This document shows, piece after piece, positions 55,119 to 55,394 of a stretch of 55,394 nucleotides of DNA. Under the pieces are notes generated by a model. That model was not told the origin of the DNA. It saw nothing but the letters and a program-made list of their open reading frames with translations, and did not search any database. The DNA lies in the IMG/VR virus record IMGVR_UViG_3300033486_000002, positions 1 to 55,394 of that record; one strand, 5' to 3'. Both the position numbers and the translations under genes were made by a program. Numbering within the stretch: position 1 is the stretch's first letter; each line of letters begins with the position of its first letter. This DNA comes from a virus. Taxonomy: Duplodnaviria; Caudoviricetes.

Positions 55119-55394
55119 TCAGCCCTCCCGTGCTTTGGAAATCGCGGCGTCGAGCAGTTCAAGCGCCGCCTTGCCGCCAGAAGGGCGCACGCAGTTGGCA
55201 AACGCATCGTCAGCGACCGCCTTACTCAGCCAACGCAGAGACTCCTTGGCCGCAGTCAAGAGCGCCGCGCGATCCGCCTCGGCACGGGCCGCCCGCTTCT
55301 CCATCTCAGCGAGGGCACGCACAACGGCTTCCCATGACGAGATGATGCCCATACCGAGTTCGCGCGCTGCGCCAAGCGCCCTCATCTCCTCGTC
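55119..55394 (-). CDS. 3' part of the junction-spanning hypothetical protein
   Basis: Continues from ATG at 223 via the 127-bp overlap. Confidence 0.65.
   Translation of the reverse strand, partial: DEEMRALGAARELGMGIISSWEAVVRALAEMEKRAARAEADRAALLTAAKESLRWLSKAVADDAFANCVRPSGGKAALELLDAAISKAREG
55268..55394. repeat. Terminal direct repeat, right copy (127 bp)
   Basis: Identical to 1-127. Confidence 0.95.

Overview
The window appears to be a complete circular genome of a high-GC tailed dsDNA phage. Bases 1-127 repeat exactly at 55268-55394, giving a unit length of about 55,267 bp, and one ORF reads through the junction. The plus-strand late block (~5.7-44.2 kb) has a podovirus-like layout: terminase, portal, scaffold, major capsid, adaptors, nozzle, fibres, holins/M15 endolysin and ejection proteins, with no tape measure or tail tube recognised. 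The minus strand carries early and replication genes: a lambda-O-like initiator with internal iteron-like repeats, VRR-NUC, an XRE HTH, GroES, a Gp37/Gp68 radical SAM protein and many small ORFs. I recognised no integrase, DNA polymerase, helicase or primase. Four features stand out. (1) A large soluble glycan pathway is interleaved with virion genes: WecB, three NAD-dependent sugar epimerase/dehydratases, five glycosyltransferase-like domains, two methyltransferases, a deacetylase-like protein and a WecD-like GNAT. It includes a double GT2 fused to a trigger-factor-type FKBP domain, which suggests virion glycosylation. (2) A shared leaderless promoter motif links wecB, the sugar cluster and groES. 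(3) A 28-bp XerC/XerD dif-like site suggests integration or dimer resolution by host Xer recombinases. (4) A sigma54-type promoter with palindromic operators and a tRNA-minihelix-like element lies in the early control region. All product calls come from motif recognition by eye, not database searches.
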